Shown here one piece after another: positions 1-13,059 of a stretch of DNA of 40,594 nucleotides. A program made the position numbers and the translations under genes. A model generated the notes under the pieces. The model was not told where the DNA came from, searched no databases, and was given only the letters and a program-made list of their open reading frames with translations. Every line of letters begins with the position of its first letter. Within the stretch, counting starts at the first letter, position 1. The stretch is from Hydrurus foetidus (taxonomy: Eukaryota). The DNA lies in assembly GCA_900617105.1 (NCBI GenBank), contig UYFQ01000795.1:1-40594 (forward strand). Reading direction: 5' to 3'.

Positions 1-2039
1 CGACACCAAATTAGTCTAAGGACTTCTTTTGGCTGGTGGGAATTACTTTCCTTTACGGACACCAAAAATTTTCTCCACTCAAAATTTGGTTTCACGCCTA
101 AGAGATTTTCTCAACAAGAGTTGGTTGAAATCAACTTATTCGTTGTTACTAACGTAAAGGACCCTTTAACTAACGAGGCGAAGCTCTGGCAAAATTTTTT
201 GACGAGGGGCTTCTGTCTTCGATGAGTTACAATCATATTTCTCCGAAGAGACATACCATTGTGACCGCAGCTGATTTCTGCATGTCTTTTGACAGAAGAT
301 ACGCAGAGAATCCGGAGGCGGACACTATCGCCCCTCTGGATATTAGTCTCTCGTATCCTAGAGAATCGTTTGCAACGATTACTCGATGTAAGCGATATCG
401 TCATGCAGAGTTATAGACTCAGCGCGACATCGTAGTTTGCGACTGATTTTCATCAGTTTTCACCTAAATAAGGTCAAAACCTCTTGCTGATGCACTTAGT
501 CATGGTTACATGAATCGCACATGCAGAACACTTGAATTGCGCGCGTTAGTGATATCTTGATGAATAAAGATAATATCTTGACAGATTCTACACCCACTAA
601 ATATTCGGGGTTCGACTCCCAGTAGGGGTGGGTCATCGATTAGTATATTTGCAAAATTAGATGTTATTTTGCAGATTTTAAGATTCTTCTTCAGATTGTA
701 ATTTAATCAAATCAACGTCAGAATCGACGATTGCACACAAACAATTTAAAAAAAAAAAAATTAGAAAAGATATTTCTCAGCGTAATTGCTAGGCAATTTC
801 AAAAGGGGAAAAGGCTTCGCCTCACAACCTTCGTTTTGGTGTTGCTTAAAGCTTAGTGCTGAAGCGAAATAAAACAATATTCCGCGGGAATATATTGAAT
901 TCAATAGGCTCTCGTACGTTTCGATCCTGTTTATATGATTCAAAAATAAAAATAAGAATATTAAAAAAAAAAAAATTTGATCCTAGGAATCTTACGCAGC
1001 TTCATGCTAGAAAATTGCTATGCAATATTCAAGAAGAAATATAGGCTCTAGTACGCCATACCTATTGTTTTCCACAGTTGGTTGTCACGACTCTCGAACA
1101 AACCAATGTGATATTCTAGGGGAATAATACATATGCATACATATATTTGTTCATATACATACATCAGGCTCTCGTTCGTTCGATCCTGCCTTTGACTTCA
1201 ACACATCCCTAAATTTGGCCAAGGCCAAACTTCATTCTTATGAGGGTGAATGTCATACTATCCCGTTAACCTTGCGAGTTAATAGGAACACGGATATCGA
1301 ACTTTTGTTAAGTCGTATAACTGTAAATAATTATGATTTCATGTCATTGACACCTTTTGCTTTTGGTATCTCTCACGAGCTCCGTGCTGAGAACAAAAGG
1401 AAATGTGACACTCGTTGGCGCGAGTTTTGAAGAAAGGGAAGCGATAGCCAAGCTTGACCCACTTCATTGGCACAAATATACTAGGCGTATGATATCCGAG
1501 GGTTTCGAACCCGAGGAACCTGAGTTGTAGTCAATCACCCCAACCTATGATTTGTTGAAGGGTATCACACAGACTGAACTCGCTCGTTAAAGAGAGCCAT
1601 ACGGTCTATGCCAAACGCCAAAACCTAAGAAGGCCATTTTGCACGCACCTTTAACCAAGGAAGTCGTGGGGTCAGGTTGTCATGCAACGTTCACGTGTAG
1701 CGTTACCCAGGTTGGTTCCGAGGGAGTAGCTACCCAAAGTCCATGTGGTGATGTGGGTTGTTAGCGACTGGCTAGTGTCACGACTAGACTCGCAAAACGT
1801 ACGGGTGATACCCCGCACCTAGGTGGTGACTCGATTCCCACCCTCACACATACCTCTGGGGACTCTGTTACATCAGACTATGACGTGGAAGCCGTATGGC
1901 CAAGCGGTGTCGCACTCTCCGTTGACGAGATTGACAATGACAAGACTGACACCTTCGCACCTTTCTTGCGTGACAAGACGTGCCGAAATGTACCGCCCAA
2001 TGGGCCGGATGATTTTGTCTTAGATTCATTTTTAGGGAG

Positions 2040-4850
2040 ATGAAAGCCTTCAAAAATGAACTTTGTACTCTCTGTTCTCATCACTCTGATATTTTCAGTG
2101 ATAAGCTAGCCCCGCAAGCTGCACATCTCAAACCGTTTGAGATAAATCTGCCAAGGCAGAAATGGGAGGTTCCATCGAACCACGCACCAGTGCGACCCCA
2201 ATCCTCTAAAAAGGAACATTACCTCCGCACTTCAATTGAAGAAATGCTGGAGGATGGTGTGATCGAGAGGTCGAACGCTGCATACTACAGTCATCCTGTA
2301 ATGGTAAATAAGACAGCCGATACGTATCGAACCTGCATCGACTATCGTGCACTCAATGAATGCATTGAGCCGGCCTCCTTTCCCCTACAATATCAAACAC
2401 CTCTTTGAGAGGATCGGTAATAAAAAACCGGATATTTACGGAGTGATGGATTTAACCGCGGGTTACCACCAAGCACCTCTGTACACACCCCACCGAATCT
2501 ATACCGCATTTATATGTTTCATGGGGGTGTTTCAGTTCACGAGATTGCCTTTTGGCCCTTGTCGAGCCCCCTCTTACTTTCAAGAGCAGATGGTGACAAT
2601 GGTCCTTTACGGTCTTATATACAGCTGTTGCGAGATGTATCTCGATGACTGTATTGTATATGGCCGGGGCGAAGCAGAGTTTCTCAAGAATCTGCGCAGC
2701 GTTTTTGAAAGATTTCGCCTTAAAAATCTTAAGCTCAAAGCAAAGAAATGCAGATTCGGTCTCAAACGTATCGAATACGTGGGACGAGTCATAGACAAAG
2801 ATGGTTTATCCATGTCTAAAGAGAAGATTGAGACAGTACTCAACTTCCCTCTTCCTAAAGAAGTAACATCCCTTCGTGGATTTCTTGGCTTAGCCAACTA
2901 TTTTCGTCAATTTGTACCGTTTCATTCGGACATTGTCAAACCACTTCAAATGATGGTGGACCCAAAGGCACTTAAACGTTCCCCCATATATTGGACCCCC
3001 GAGGGGACTTTAGCATTTAATGAGACTAAAATCGCGGTATCGCGTTGTCCTTTAATGTACTTCATCAATGATGATTCACCCATCAGATTATATACTGATG
3101 CATCCGACTATGGTATCGGTGGTGTACTCTTCCAAATTGTCAACACCGTGTGGAGACCAATTGCCTTCATCAGCAAATCTCTCTCGGCAACACAAATTAA
3201 TTGGTCGACAATACAGAAAGAAGCTTATGCTATCTTTTTCTGTTGCCAACAACTCGATTATCTCATTCGAGACCGTAAGTTCACTATTCATACTGATCAT
3301 ATGAATTTGACTTATATGAAACAAAACCCTACCTCAATGGTAACACGGTGGTTCATTGCAATGCAAGAACTTGATTTTACCGTACACTTTGTCAAAGGGA
3401 CAGATAATGAACTTGCCGATGCTCTGTCACGGTTATGTCCAAACCTTACCGAAATTGCTCTGCCTAAGACAATCAGGTCCGATGGTGATACTTCATCATC
3501 ATCTTCTTCATCGTCATCTTCTGCAGTTTCGGCTTTAACGGTTATTGAACCGCCGACAGATGAACAGAATGTTTACATTCAAATGTGCCACAATGCAATT
3601 GTTGGTCACAACGGTGTCGACCGTACCCTCACTCGACTCTTTAGTCTTAACCACGTGTGGAAAAATATGAAACAGCACGTACGCTCGTTCATACGAAACT
3701 GCCCATGCTGTCAGAAATTGAGCGCAGTTGATACAAATATCAGCGCTGCTCATTTTTCAACTTCAACACATGCTATTTTCGATACATTAAATATCGATTA
3801 TATTGGCCCATTCCCTGATAAAGGGTATATTCTTGTCATAATTGACACCTTCTCCAGATGGACAGAAATGTTCTGGTGTAAGGATGCTAATGCTCAGTCT
3901 GCATGTGAATGCTTACTGACTCATTTTGGTCGATTCGGATCGCCAAATATGATTAGATCCGATCGAGGATCCCACTTCGCTAATGATCTCATTAAAGAGT
4001 TCTTAGACCTTACGGGGACACCCCATAATCTCACTTTGGCTTACTCCTCACAAGAGAATGCCATTGTAGAAAGGGTCAACAAAGAAGTGAATAGACACTT
4101 ACGAGGTCTCGTGTTTGATACACCATCTCTTGAACACTATGCTAAATGCATACCATTTGTTCAACGTATCATTAACAGTTCAGTTAATCGACGAACAAAT
4201 GCAAGTCCTGCTTCGATTTTATTCGGCAATAAACTTGATTTGAATCGGGGTATTTTGACACCTCATCTATTACCAACGTTGACATCTTCGAATTCAACAT
4301 ACATCACAGATCTCATCGATATACAGGACAAGGTCCTCGATGCAGCAATCGGTTCTCTTCAGAAATGTGATGACAAACACAAAAGTCCACACAAGGTGTG
4401 ACAGTGTTCCCTATAGGGTCATATGTTCTTGTAAAACAGGAACACCCTCCTACTCGATTACACACAAAGTGGAAAGGTCCTTTCCGTGTTGTCTCCTTTG
4501 AGGGATCCGAGTATGTTCTCGCGAACTTAATTACACACAAGCACAATAGTGTACATGTGAAGAATCTTAAGATTTTCAATTATGACCCATCACTGGGCAT
4601 ACCTGCTGATACAGCACGTCGCGATTACATGGAGTATTTCGTTGAGAAAGTTCTTGGTCACACTGGTGATTCAAAGAAACCGACATCCATGTCGTTCCAT
4701 GTTAAATGGCTCAACTATGATAACTCACATAATACATGGGAGCCTTGGAAGAATCTCCGGCTCTGTGAAGCACTCCATGTATACTTGCGGAATAATAACA
4801 TGTCACGTTTTATTCCCAAGAATCTTGAGGGATCAACCGATGAGGTTTGA
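2040..4850 (+). pseudogene. pol: Gypsy pol (RT, RNase H, integrase, chromodomain) split by frameshifts at ~2390 and ~4398
   Basis: Three overlapping ORFs (2040-2408, 2347-4401, 4398-4850) join into one pol. The chromodomain reads YFVEKVLGH...FHVKWLNYDNSHNTWEPWKNL. Upstream 1215-2040 has protease-tail/linker-like peptides (DIELLLSRITVNNYDF, DEIDNDKTDTFAPFL) with stops. The frameshifts may be assembly indels. Confidence 0.9.
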
Positions 4851-5234
4851 GTTCGAACGTATTATCTTTTGAAGATTTTTAGCCTAATTTTTGCCCTTTT
4901 CTAAGGGATTTTTATGGTTTTTTAGTCAGTAAAAATCTGACATAATTACGTTTTCGACCCTCGTACAACAGTACTCTACTGTTTTTGTACAACCCCACCT
5001 TATCTTTCTACATCGAACCCCACTTCTCTGCTACTTTTCTTCTGTAAATATTTTTATGTAACATTTATTATGTTTTATTTTATTTTATTATATTTTATTT
5101 TTCAAATTTTTCGATTTTGTAAATTTGTCAATAACTTATTTTTCGCTTAGATTAAGTTTTGCAAAGAAACGGGGGTTTCGATTTAGTTTAGATCTAGCTT
5201 AGATTTTTTTAGAAAGAACGATAAGTGGGGGTAA

Positions 5235-5786
5235 TGTGATAGTACCGGGTCCAGGGTCCCGATCCTACCGGAAACCGACTTTACCGGATCCTACCGGGTA
5301 CTACTACTGTACACTACAGTTAGGCTGTCGTATCGTCGTAGCCATCTGCAGCGTCCACTTAGAAGTTAACTAGCTTCTAGCCTAGACACCTGTAACTAAG
5401 CCTACCTCCTCTCGCCCCCCTTTCTCCATTTGCCTGACCACAGTCCGCGTCTCTGTCGACAGAGGCTGGGATCTGGAGGTGGCGTCTCGGGAAAGAGAAG
5501 TAGAAGTCGGAGGTATTAGCTAAAGAAGAGTGGACGGAATAGATCTATTGTAGTCCGAATGGCAAAAGAGAGAAAGGAAAGGAGAGGAGCTGAAGTCTTA
5601 GTTACAGGGGAAAGCCGTAGCTAGGGTGACTTCTACGTGGACTAGCTAGATGATAGCAGAGTACACGTTGTAAGGATGAGGCTGGAAGCCTACGACCCCG
5701 TAGACCGATCTGTAGACCGATAGTCCTAGAAGCTCATAATGCCATACTAAATGGCATATGGCTGCAGTGGTACGACACATCTCACA
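5235..5786 (+). repeat. Putative 3' LTR of gypsy element 1 (~552 bp)
   Basis: Starts TGTGA directly after the PPT and ends TCACA, a 5-bp terminal inverted repeat. No second copy is in the window, so the right boundary is inferred. Confidence 0.7.
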
Positions 5787-6091
5787 GTTTAATAGAAGGT
5801 TCTTAAAATATCTTAAAAAAAGAAGACGAATAAGACGTCAGATGATGGCTGAAAAATCAGCAAATTCTCGGGCAAATAATCAGAGAGGACGAACGACGGA
5901 GTTTCTCAGCATCATCTTCGACATTTTCTTTCTCGTCATGGAGCCCTGAACGGCGTCGCATGACGCGCCTCGAGACGCAGTCAAGACAGAAATTGTTGAG
6001 GTATCGGATGATAAAAGTACGAAGCGTGACATCCTATTCAGTGGCAAGTACTCCAATTGCTGTGAATCTTCAAAATTATTGATAGCTTAAC

Positions 6092-9000
6092 ATGGCGAAC
6101 TCAGTTGCTGTCCTCAGCATTTTTTTCGTCTTCTTCGCGCTGACATTGGGGAGCGTGATTCTTTTCATTAGTTCTCGCTTCAATCACGTGATACCTTACT
6201 CCGTGGTAATCTTTACTTTCGGCATGGTCGTGTCAATAATTGCTGATCAGATGATCCTACAGCACAGGGGCGATACATTGACACTATCAGCAGAGCAGTG
6301 GATTCAAATAGATCCAGATGTTTTGCTCTGTTCTTTTTTACCAGCTCTGCTATTCGGAGAGGCAATGCATCTGAACTTCCATCAGATCAAAAAAGCGATT
6401 TTGCCAGCCTCGTTACTTGCGTTTCCTGGCGCTGCTTTTGGCGCGTATATCCTTGCCATTTTTTGCTATTCTCCTGGGTTCCCAGTAAATTGGAGCTGGC
6501 GGATGTGTTTTATTGTGGGTGCTGTTCTCAGCGCTACTGATCCAGTGAGTGTCGTCGCAACTCTGAAGGGTCTGTCGTCATCGTCATCTTCAACGATGAA
6601 ACTTACCTATCTGATAGGTAGGTGGGTGATAGGATCTTATAATTGCGTCTCTTCGCTGCTACTCTAATCCTTAACGTTTCCATACATCTACCTATATAAC
6701 CAATATCCCTTTAACTCAAAGAAGATGACTTCGCGTCAATTAGACAAGATGGCCTTGACCTTTTATCTCTAATTGAGTCATGTGCATTTCTTATTGCGCA
6801 GTCGGTGAGGCATTGCTGAACGATGGCATGGCTTTGGTTTTGTTCGAGGCCTTGATAACCCCGTATTACAACACCACAGAAAAGATCTTCATGTACTTTG
6901 TGAGAGTATTGTTTATATCTCCTCTGCTTGGACTCGCATTTGGCATGGGTGAGATATCGCATCAGCGCCATTGCATCACATCTCCTCATCGCATGACTCA
7001 CATCGCAATTGTATCTATCTTATTTTATTTTATTCGTTCTGCACCCCTATCGGGATCGACTATTTTGTTTCATTTTCTTTGTTCTGCATCCCTTTAGGGT
7101 GCATAATGTTCCTAAGACTTGCCAACAGGCGGGTGAGTCATGATGACTTGACGGTGCAAATCGCAGTTACTGTGGGCACTGCCTATTTGAGCTTTTACGT
7201 TGCACAATACGTACTTGGTAAGAAAGAAGAATGGTGCTATATCTTATTTGCTACCTGTCAATTTATCCTACTGTTTTATGTTCTTATGTTTATTGCTTCA
7301 ATTATTATTTAGTTTGGTCGGACATCCGTCATTCCTTTGCATGTTCTGTCAGAAAATATTCCTAAGCTGATTCATGCGTCATCAGAACAATCTCTTCTCA
7401 GCTCACATGGCCATCGACTGACGTTCCAATCAAGTCCTGTCTATTTTTATGAAGACCTTTTCATGAGTTCCCTACCTATTTTCATCGACAATAGACATGA
7501 AATTTGCACTCAAATTCATGTCCGTTTTTTATTGAACCTACTTCCTATCACTCTTTACTATTTATTCTTCTCTTTTTTCTTCATCTTTTTCTTCTCTTTT
7601 TAGGGGTGAGTGGTGTGATTAGCTGCTGCACTGCAGGTGTCGTTCTGGCCTGGCTGGCCCCGCCCCTATTCATACAGGTGACAAGATAGTCTTAAATCTT
7701 ACTCACCCGAACCCTGACTGTTCATTCTGTGATTCCAAATGATCTATGTTGACTTTCTTATTGCTCTACCAGGCCCATTCAATGTCCACAGTATGGGAGT
7801 TTCTAGAGTGGATAGGAAACACTTTAGTCTTCATGGTGGCGGGCATGATAGTGGGGAGGTATATCGTCAACTATGCGACACCAGTGGAGTATGGGTGAGT
7901 CAGAACAATTGCATTTGATTTGTGTTTGTATTGATTTGATGGAATTTAAAAATTAAAGCTATAATTTTTATTGGAAATAACGTTATCAGCTAGAACTCTA
8001 CCGGCACAATAAAAAAGTGCACTGATGTATATTCGAGACCATGTGCGATTGAACATGTCATTATCATGCTCATTTCCCTTCTGAATAATTATGTTGTTGT
8101 AACTGCACCATCATCACAGCATTTGCGAGAGTGACTTTACGTTCACGCTCTTCCTTTTCCTCTGTTTTCTAATTTCTCACTTCTTTCTAGATCCATTTTT
8201 TCCTTTTTTTCTTTATTTCTTATATACTTTCTTTCTTCCTTTCCTCCTTTCTTTCTTTTTTTGTATTCTGACTTTTTCTTCTTGCTCAACCTTTTTTACT
8301 CCTTTCTTTTCTCATCCCAGATGCATTGTTATAGTTTATCTGAGCATATTTGCGATTCGATTTGTGACTCTGCTCATTTGCTACCCATTGATGGGCTACC
8401 TATCCAGTGGATATTCCCTGAATGATCTCTTCTTCTCTGTGTTCGCTGGATTGAGAGGATCTGTCAGTCTTGCTCTGTGCATCGTGATACAGTCCCATGT
8501 TGACTCCAGTGACGGCGATGATGCCATGGCGGAGGGATTTATTACCTTTCCTAGAGATGAAATACGACAGGTAATATCACAGTCATTCATACATACATTT
8601 ATTCATTTGTATATATGTCTCCCTCTCACCCTCCCTCCCTCTATCTCTTTCTCTCTCCCTCCATTCCTCTCCCTCCCTCCCTCCCTCTCACCCTCCCACT
8701 CACTGTCCACTCCCATTCCCTCCAGGTCATATTCATCGTGTGTGCTGTGACAGCTTTGACCATCCTCATCAATGGCTCTCTTTCTCGCCATTTCTACTCG
8801 ATGCTGTATCGCCATGTGAACGCTCAGACCGCTGAAGCCGATTCTGTGATACTTCATTATGTCAGAAAAAGGATATGGCAAAAAAGTGAAATAGGTAGGG
8901 GCATTGTTTGTCTCCCTGTCTGTCCGTCTGTCCGTCTTCGTATCTCAACCAACATTTCTTTCCCTCTCAAACTCTACATGATAAGTATGACTTATCATAC

Positions 9001-12000
9001 ACGTACATGGGAATTGAAATTATAAATGAAGCAATTGTAGCATTTTCTTGTAAGACTCCTCACCATCTTTTTATTTCTTCTACTTTGTCTTCTCCTCCAC
9101 TAATTTGACCATCTGCCATCTGTTGCCTTTTTTTAGTTTACTCCTTCTAATTCTGATTTTTTCCACTTCCCATCCTTTTTTCCCATTTCATCTTTCTTCT
9201 CTTTTTCTGTCCTCTTTCTTCCTCTATTTCTTTCTTATCCGCACACAGTTCTCGACAGGCTTCACGACATTTTGCCGCGGCATAACCAAGTATTAGTCGT
9301 CAAGATGTGTCAAGGTGTATTTGACAGGAACATTCTAGAGCTGAAGCAGATTCTTCAACAGCAGTCTAGTGGGGATTCTATGCAAAATAAAGAACATGAC
9401 GGCACGAACGAGGGAGATTTTAAGCTACCGCATCATAGCGATAGCGTGAACCGATCTTCCTATTCTTTCAATAGCGATCATAAAATGTCGGAAAAAAGCA
9501 AAGGAGAAGAGTCTATAGAAACTCTACAAAATAGAAAATTTTCTGCGGATTCAACAGGATTAGAATCGTACGCACATGACGGCAAGTCCATGAGAAAAAA
9601 GAAAATCCCGATATCTTCAACTTTCTTCTCTCGACACTCCCCACAAGCGACTATTCGTAAACCTTTCTACCCGTCTCCTTTTAAAGCTTCAGAAATGAGC
9701 CCTTATCCAGCTGTTGGCAAATCACACAGCACACGCACAAATGCACACACTGGCAGACACACAGATGCACACACACACATGGAAGAGGGTCTAAACGACT
9801 CTAATATCGATATTGAAGAAACCCATGGAATGTCCAGTGTAACGCCAAGAGATGTCAATTCCCGTATAGATCAAAATCTTATCACAAAGTTCCGACTGAT
9901 TTTCTTGGGGGTCACGAAGAAGGATTATATGAAGCAAATCAACTCCGGAAGATTGCCGAGGTAATTTCTTTTTCTTCTCATCCTGGCTCTTGGACATTTG
10001 TACATCCAATTATGTATTTTTGTTACCTCTCTTTTTTTTCAATTTCTCATCTCATATTGGCTTTCTTACCCTCTTTTCTCCCCTTTTCTTCTTCCGATCT
10101 GCCTCTATTCCTTTTTCTGACCCTTTTTCTCTCTTCCTCTATCCTCTAATTTCACTACTTCAATTTACTTTTTTGTCAGCGGGAGTGTAGCTGCTATTGT
10201 TCTACTAAATTCCATCGATGTGGGTCTGGAGACCGTGCACACTGATGGACTGCAAGACTGGGACGCGGTCAAGGTAACGTAGCACACAGCACTACACCGC
10301 GCAAATCCAACATAGAAAGTACACGCTGCACTCCATCACACCACTCGCATCATTCCACATCACTCACACCACACCGCACCACACCAGGCATCTCTAACCC
10401 GGGTGTCTTCAATAGAGGCCGCTAGTCTACGGTTCAGTCCGATAAACGTGTGCCGGAAATCTATACGGAGTATCAGCGACAAAGACAGAATTTTTATTCT
10501 AACGAGTTTTATTGACGCACACAAACATGCACATGACGCTGTGCTTTTTTATTTAGGAGAGCAAGAAGGTTTGTCTCAAAAGTATCAGCTGTACGTTTTG
10601 TCTTTATACGAGATCTCTTCATGCTCTCTTGATTTGTTGCTCAGTATCCAATCTTGTTGAGTCCATCTATTTGTGCACCGTACAATCGATATAATTTCTA
10701 TGTGGGTAAAGTTGGCTGTTAGTCTAGAAAACGCGATATACTTCTTCTCTACTAACGCCTTGTCATCTTCTTCTGCCCTACTTCTGCTTCTTTTCTTTCT
10801 TCTTCTTCTCCTTCTTCTTCTTTATTTTTCTCAAACTTCTTATTCTTATTTTTGTTTTTGTTTCTGTTCTTGTTTTGTATAAAGGCATCAGCACGCCAGA
10901 AGAGAAACTGGTCGTCGAGGAATCTGTGACTATTGTGCGGCAGGTGAGAGAAGTGAAAAACTGCCTGCTGGACGTTAGAGATTATATCGATGTGTTGATG
11001 ATTAGATGTATACATAGATAAGAATGGATGCGGCGAATGAAAAGAGTAAGAAGAGGAAACAAGCGGAATATGATGAATCGTACGGCAGGTCGAAATGAGA
11101 AGTGATGAAGAGGGAATCGAGGGAAAGGAGTATGGAAATTAAGTAAGATATAGTGAGAATTGCAGATTGCATCTAATGTAATTTTCAATTTCAGCGAGAT
11201 TTACACACACCGACTTTCGATACTTTGTTGCTTTGGAATGCTTATCCTGTCTGATCATCACCTATCTCACTGATTGGGGACCGTCTTCTTCATCTTCTCA
11301 TTCTCATTCTCCTTCTCCTTCTGATTCTCATTCCTCTCCTTCTGATTCTTCTATTATTTCGTCTCATTCTTCTTTTTCCCTCCTAAATGATCCCACACGC
11401 TAGGCGGAGGAATGGCTTGGAAAGATGGATCCACAGATAGTCTCATTGAATGTAACCCGTCAAGCTGCTTCTATTGTATTACAGGCGGCTGATGATCTTG
11501 TGTTGAAGTTCATAGATGAAGGTGCACATCCTTTTCATTTCCTACGTCTTTCCCTTCCCCCTCCTATCCATCATCCCTCAGTACCTCTTACCCACCCACT
11601 CTTTCTCTCCCTCCTTCCCTCTTACCCACCCACTCTTTCTCTCCCACCCTCCCTCCCTCCCTCTCTGAATCCTGCTCACTCTTACCCAACCCGCTCTCCT
11701 TTTATCCTGTAGGCATTCTCACCACAAAAGCTGCCCATGGTTTCTTTGACATCACAACCGCTGCTCGACTTCAGTTCAGCAATTCTGAGACTGTGCAGAT
11801 TCCCACCGTGTGTGATGACGTGTCACAGGACATCAAAGTGAGAGATGTCACTGTAGAGAACCAGAGGGAAAAGTTTTTCTCCGAGTTTTCTGGTGAGAGT
11901 TTGTCATCTGCAGAATATGGTGGAATCCGTATTGACTTCTCGAGAGGGAAACTCTTTTCGGAGAAAAGTGTTCATGCGAGCGCTGATGATGACGTCACGA

Positions 12001-12584
12001 TGAGAACAAGCAACATTCTGTTCGGAATAGATGCAAAAGATATCAACAAACCGGATACATCACCTCAAACTAGAAGAAAGAAGAATGGTATGGGTGATTA
12101 TATGGCGGATTTTATATTGCCAGATCGAACTTTGAAATATGAAGACATGAAGATTCCTGCATTCAAACCGAGGAGGCTGTGCGAGAGTGAGAAGGAGGAA
12201 GACATGAAGGTAAGTCAACACCTTCCTTATCCCACTTAGAAATCGAATAAGTAAAACAGAGTAGAAATAATTGAAGATAATTGGGTAGTTATGAAAACAG
12301 CAGATTTCTTGTGTTATATTGTCAAATTGCTCAAAATGGAGCGGATTTGAAAGAAATGAAATGGCATACGTATATTCCACTGTCACATTATCTGTTAGCT
12401 CACTGATTATATAGCTGCTAATGCCTGATCTCAACTTTGAATCGTCTCTAGATTGCCATAAATTGTTTATCCCTCTCGTATTTACTTGTTCAATTTTGTA
12501 GGTGGATCTCTAGCTAGTGCTAATAACATTCTACTTTCCTCTACTCTTCTGTAGCTGTTAGGGAACAGTCACTGTCCTATATAA
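6092..12584 (+). CDS. Na+/H+ antiporter, CPA1 family, SOS1/NHX7-like, multi-exon
   Basis: Motifs: IDPDVLLCSFLPALLFGEA, GAVLSATDPVSVVATLK, spliced LIV-GEALLNDG (exon 1 ends 6617, exon 2 starts 6802), GVSGVI, WEFLEWIGNTLVF, FAGLRGSVSLAL, ILINGS. A long hydrophilic C-tail follows, with GT-AG introns and pyrimidine-rich acceptors. The last exon and stop are uncertain (12239, 12513 or 12584). Confidence 0.88.
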
Positions 12585-12861
12585 ACAGGAGATGGGAAAA
12601 CCTACAACACAAACAGCAAGTGACGCAAGTTTTGTACTGTATTGCGATTTTGAAAACATTTCTACGAAAAATTAACAAATCTAAATGTAACACTGTATAT
12701 TGATTTTTGATAATATTTTATGTGAACCAACTTGATGTGATTAATCTAGTAATGAAGAGTTGAGACGAATGCAATACTTTCAATCTAGCAAAGTGTACAC
12801 ATTTGAATGCGTCATGAGTATCTGTTGCGCTGCATAGACGCATTTTCATTTATCCAGTTTT

Positions 12862-13059
12862 ATCAACATACTGAATTTCTTCATAGAGATGTATATTCGT
12901 GTATTATTTTGATGACAACGTGTAACGTATAAAACAAGCGAGAGAGTTTTTAGTTTTAGTGCACTACATGTGTGCGTACTTACTGAGATGTTAGAGACGT
13001 GCAAGACCATCTAAGCTATGAGCTATAGCCTCAATAAGAGTTAATTTGATGCTCCACTG
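12862..13059 (+). repeat. Left arm of ~200-bp inverted repeat (partner 20403-20627)
   Basis: GAGATGTATATTCGTGTATTATTTTGAT, ACAACGTGTAACGTATAAAACAAGCGAGAG, TTTTAGTGCACTACATG and GCTATAGCCTCAATAAG each have a reverse complement, collinear, in 20403-20627. Confidence 0.9.

Larger units (their letters stand above)
1215..5786 (+). mobile_element. Ty3/gypsy chromovirus-type LTR retrotransposon (degenerate protease/linker, RT-RNaseH-integrase-chromodomain, 3' UTR, PPT, 3' LTR); 5' LTR and gag not identifiable in window
   Basis: Domain order is RT (YRTCIDYRALN, MDLTAGYHQ, YLDD), RNase H (LYTDASDYGIG), integrase (HHCC, IDYIGP, RSDRGSHF, IVERVN), chromodomain. A purine tract AAGTGGGGGTAA precedes TGTGA at 5235. 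The true start probably lies upstream of 1215. Confidence 0.93.

Noticed and set aside
1..420. Possible gag remnant or gene end
   Set aside because: Short open frames with no recognisable motif; cannot be supported.
591..634. tRNA gene
   Set aside because: Only a T-arm-like motif; no cloverleaf could be built.
906..1188. Possible CRISPR-like repeat-spacer array
   Set aside because: Only 2-3 imperfect repeats with ~110-bp spacers, eukaryotic TE context and no cas genes.
2380..4401. Programmed frameshifting within gypsy pol
   Set aside because: The shifts fall inside RT and the integrase tail, and the equivalent integrase-tail region of element 2 is continuous. They are better explained as mutations or assembly indels.
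7337..11712. Phe/Leu/Ser/Pro-rich short ORFs
   Set aside because: Translations of CT-rich introns of the antiporter gene.
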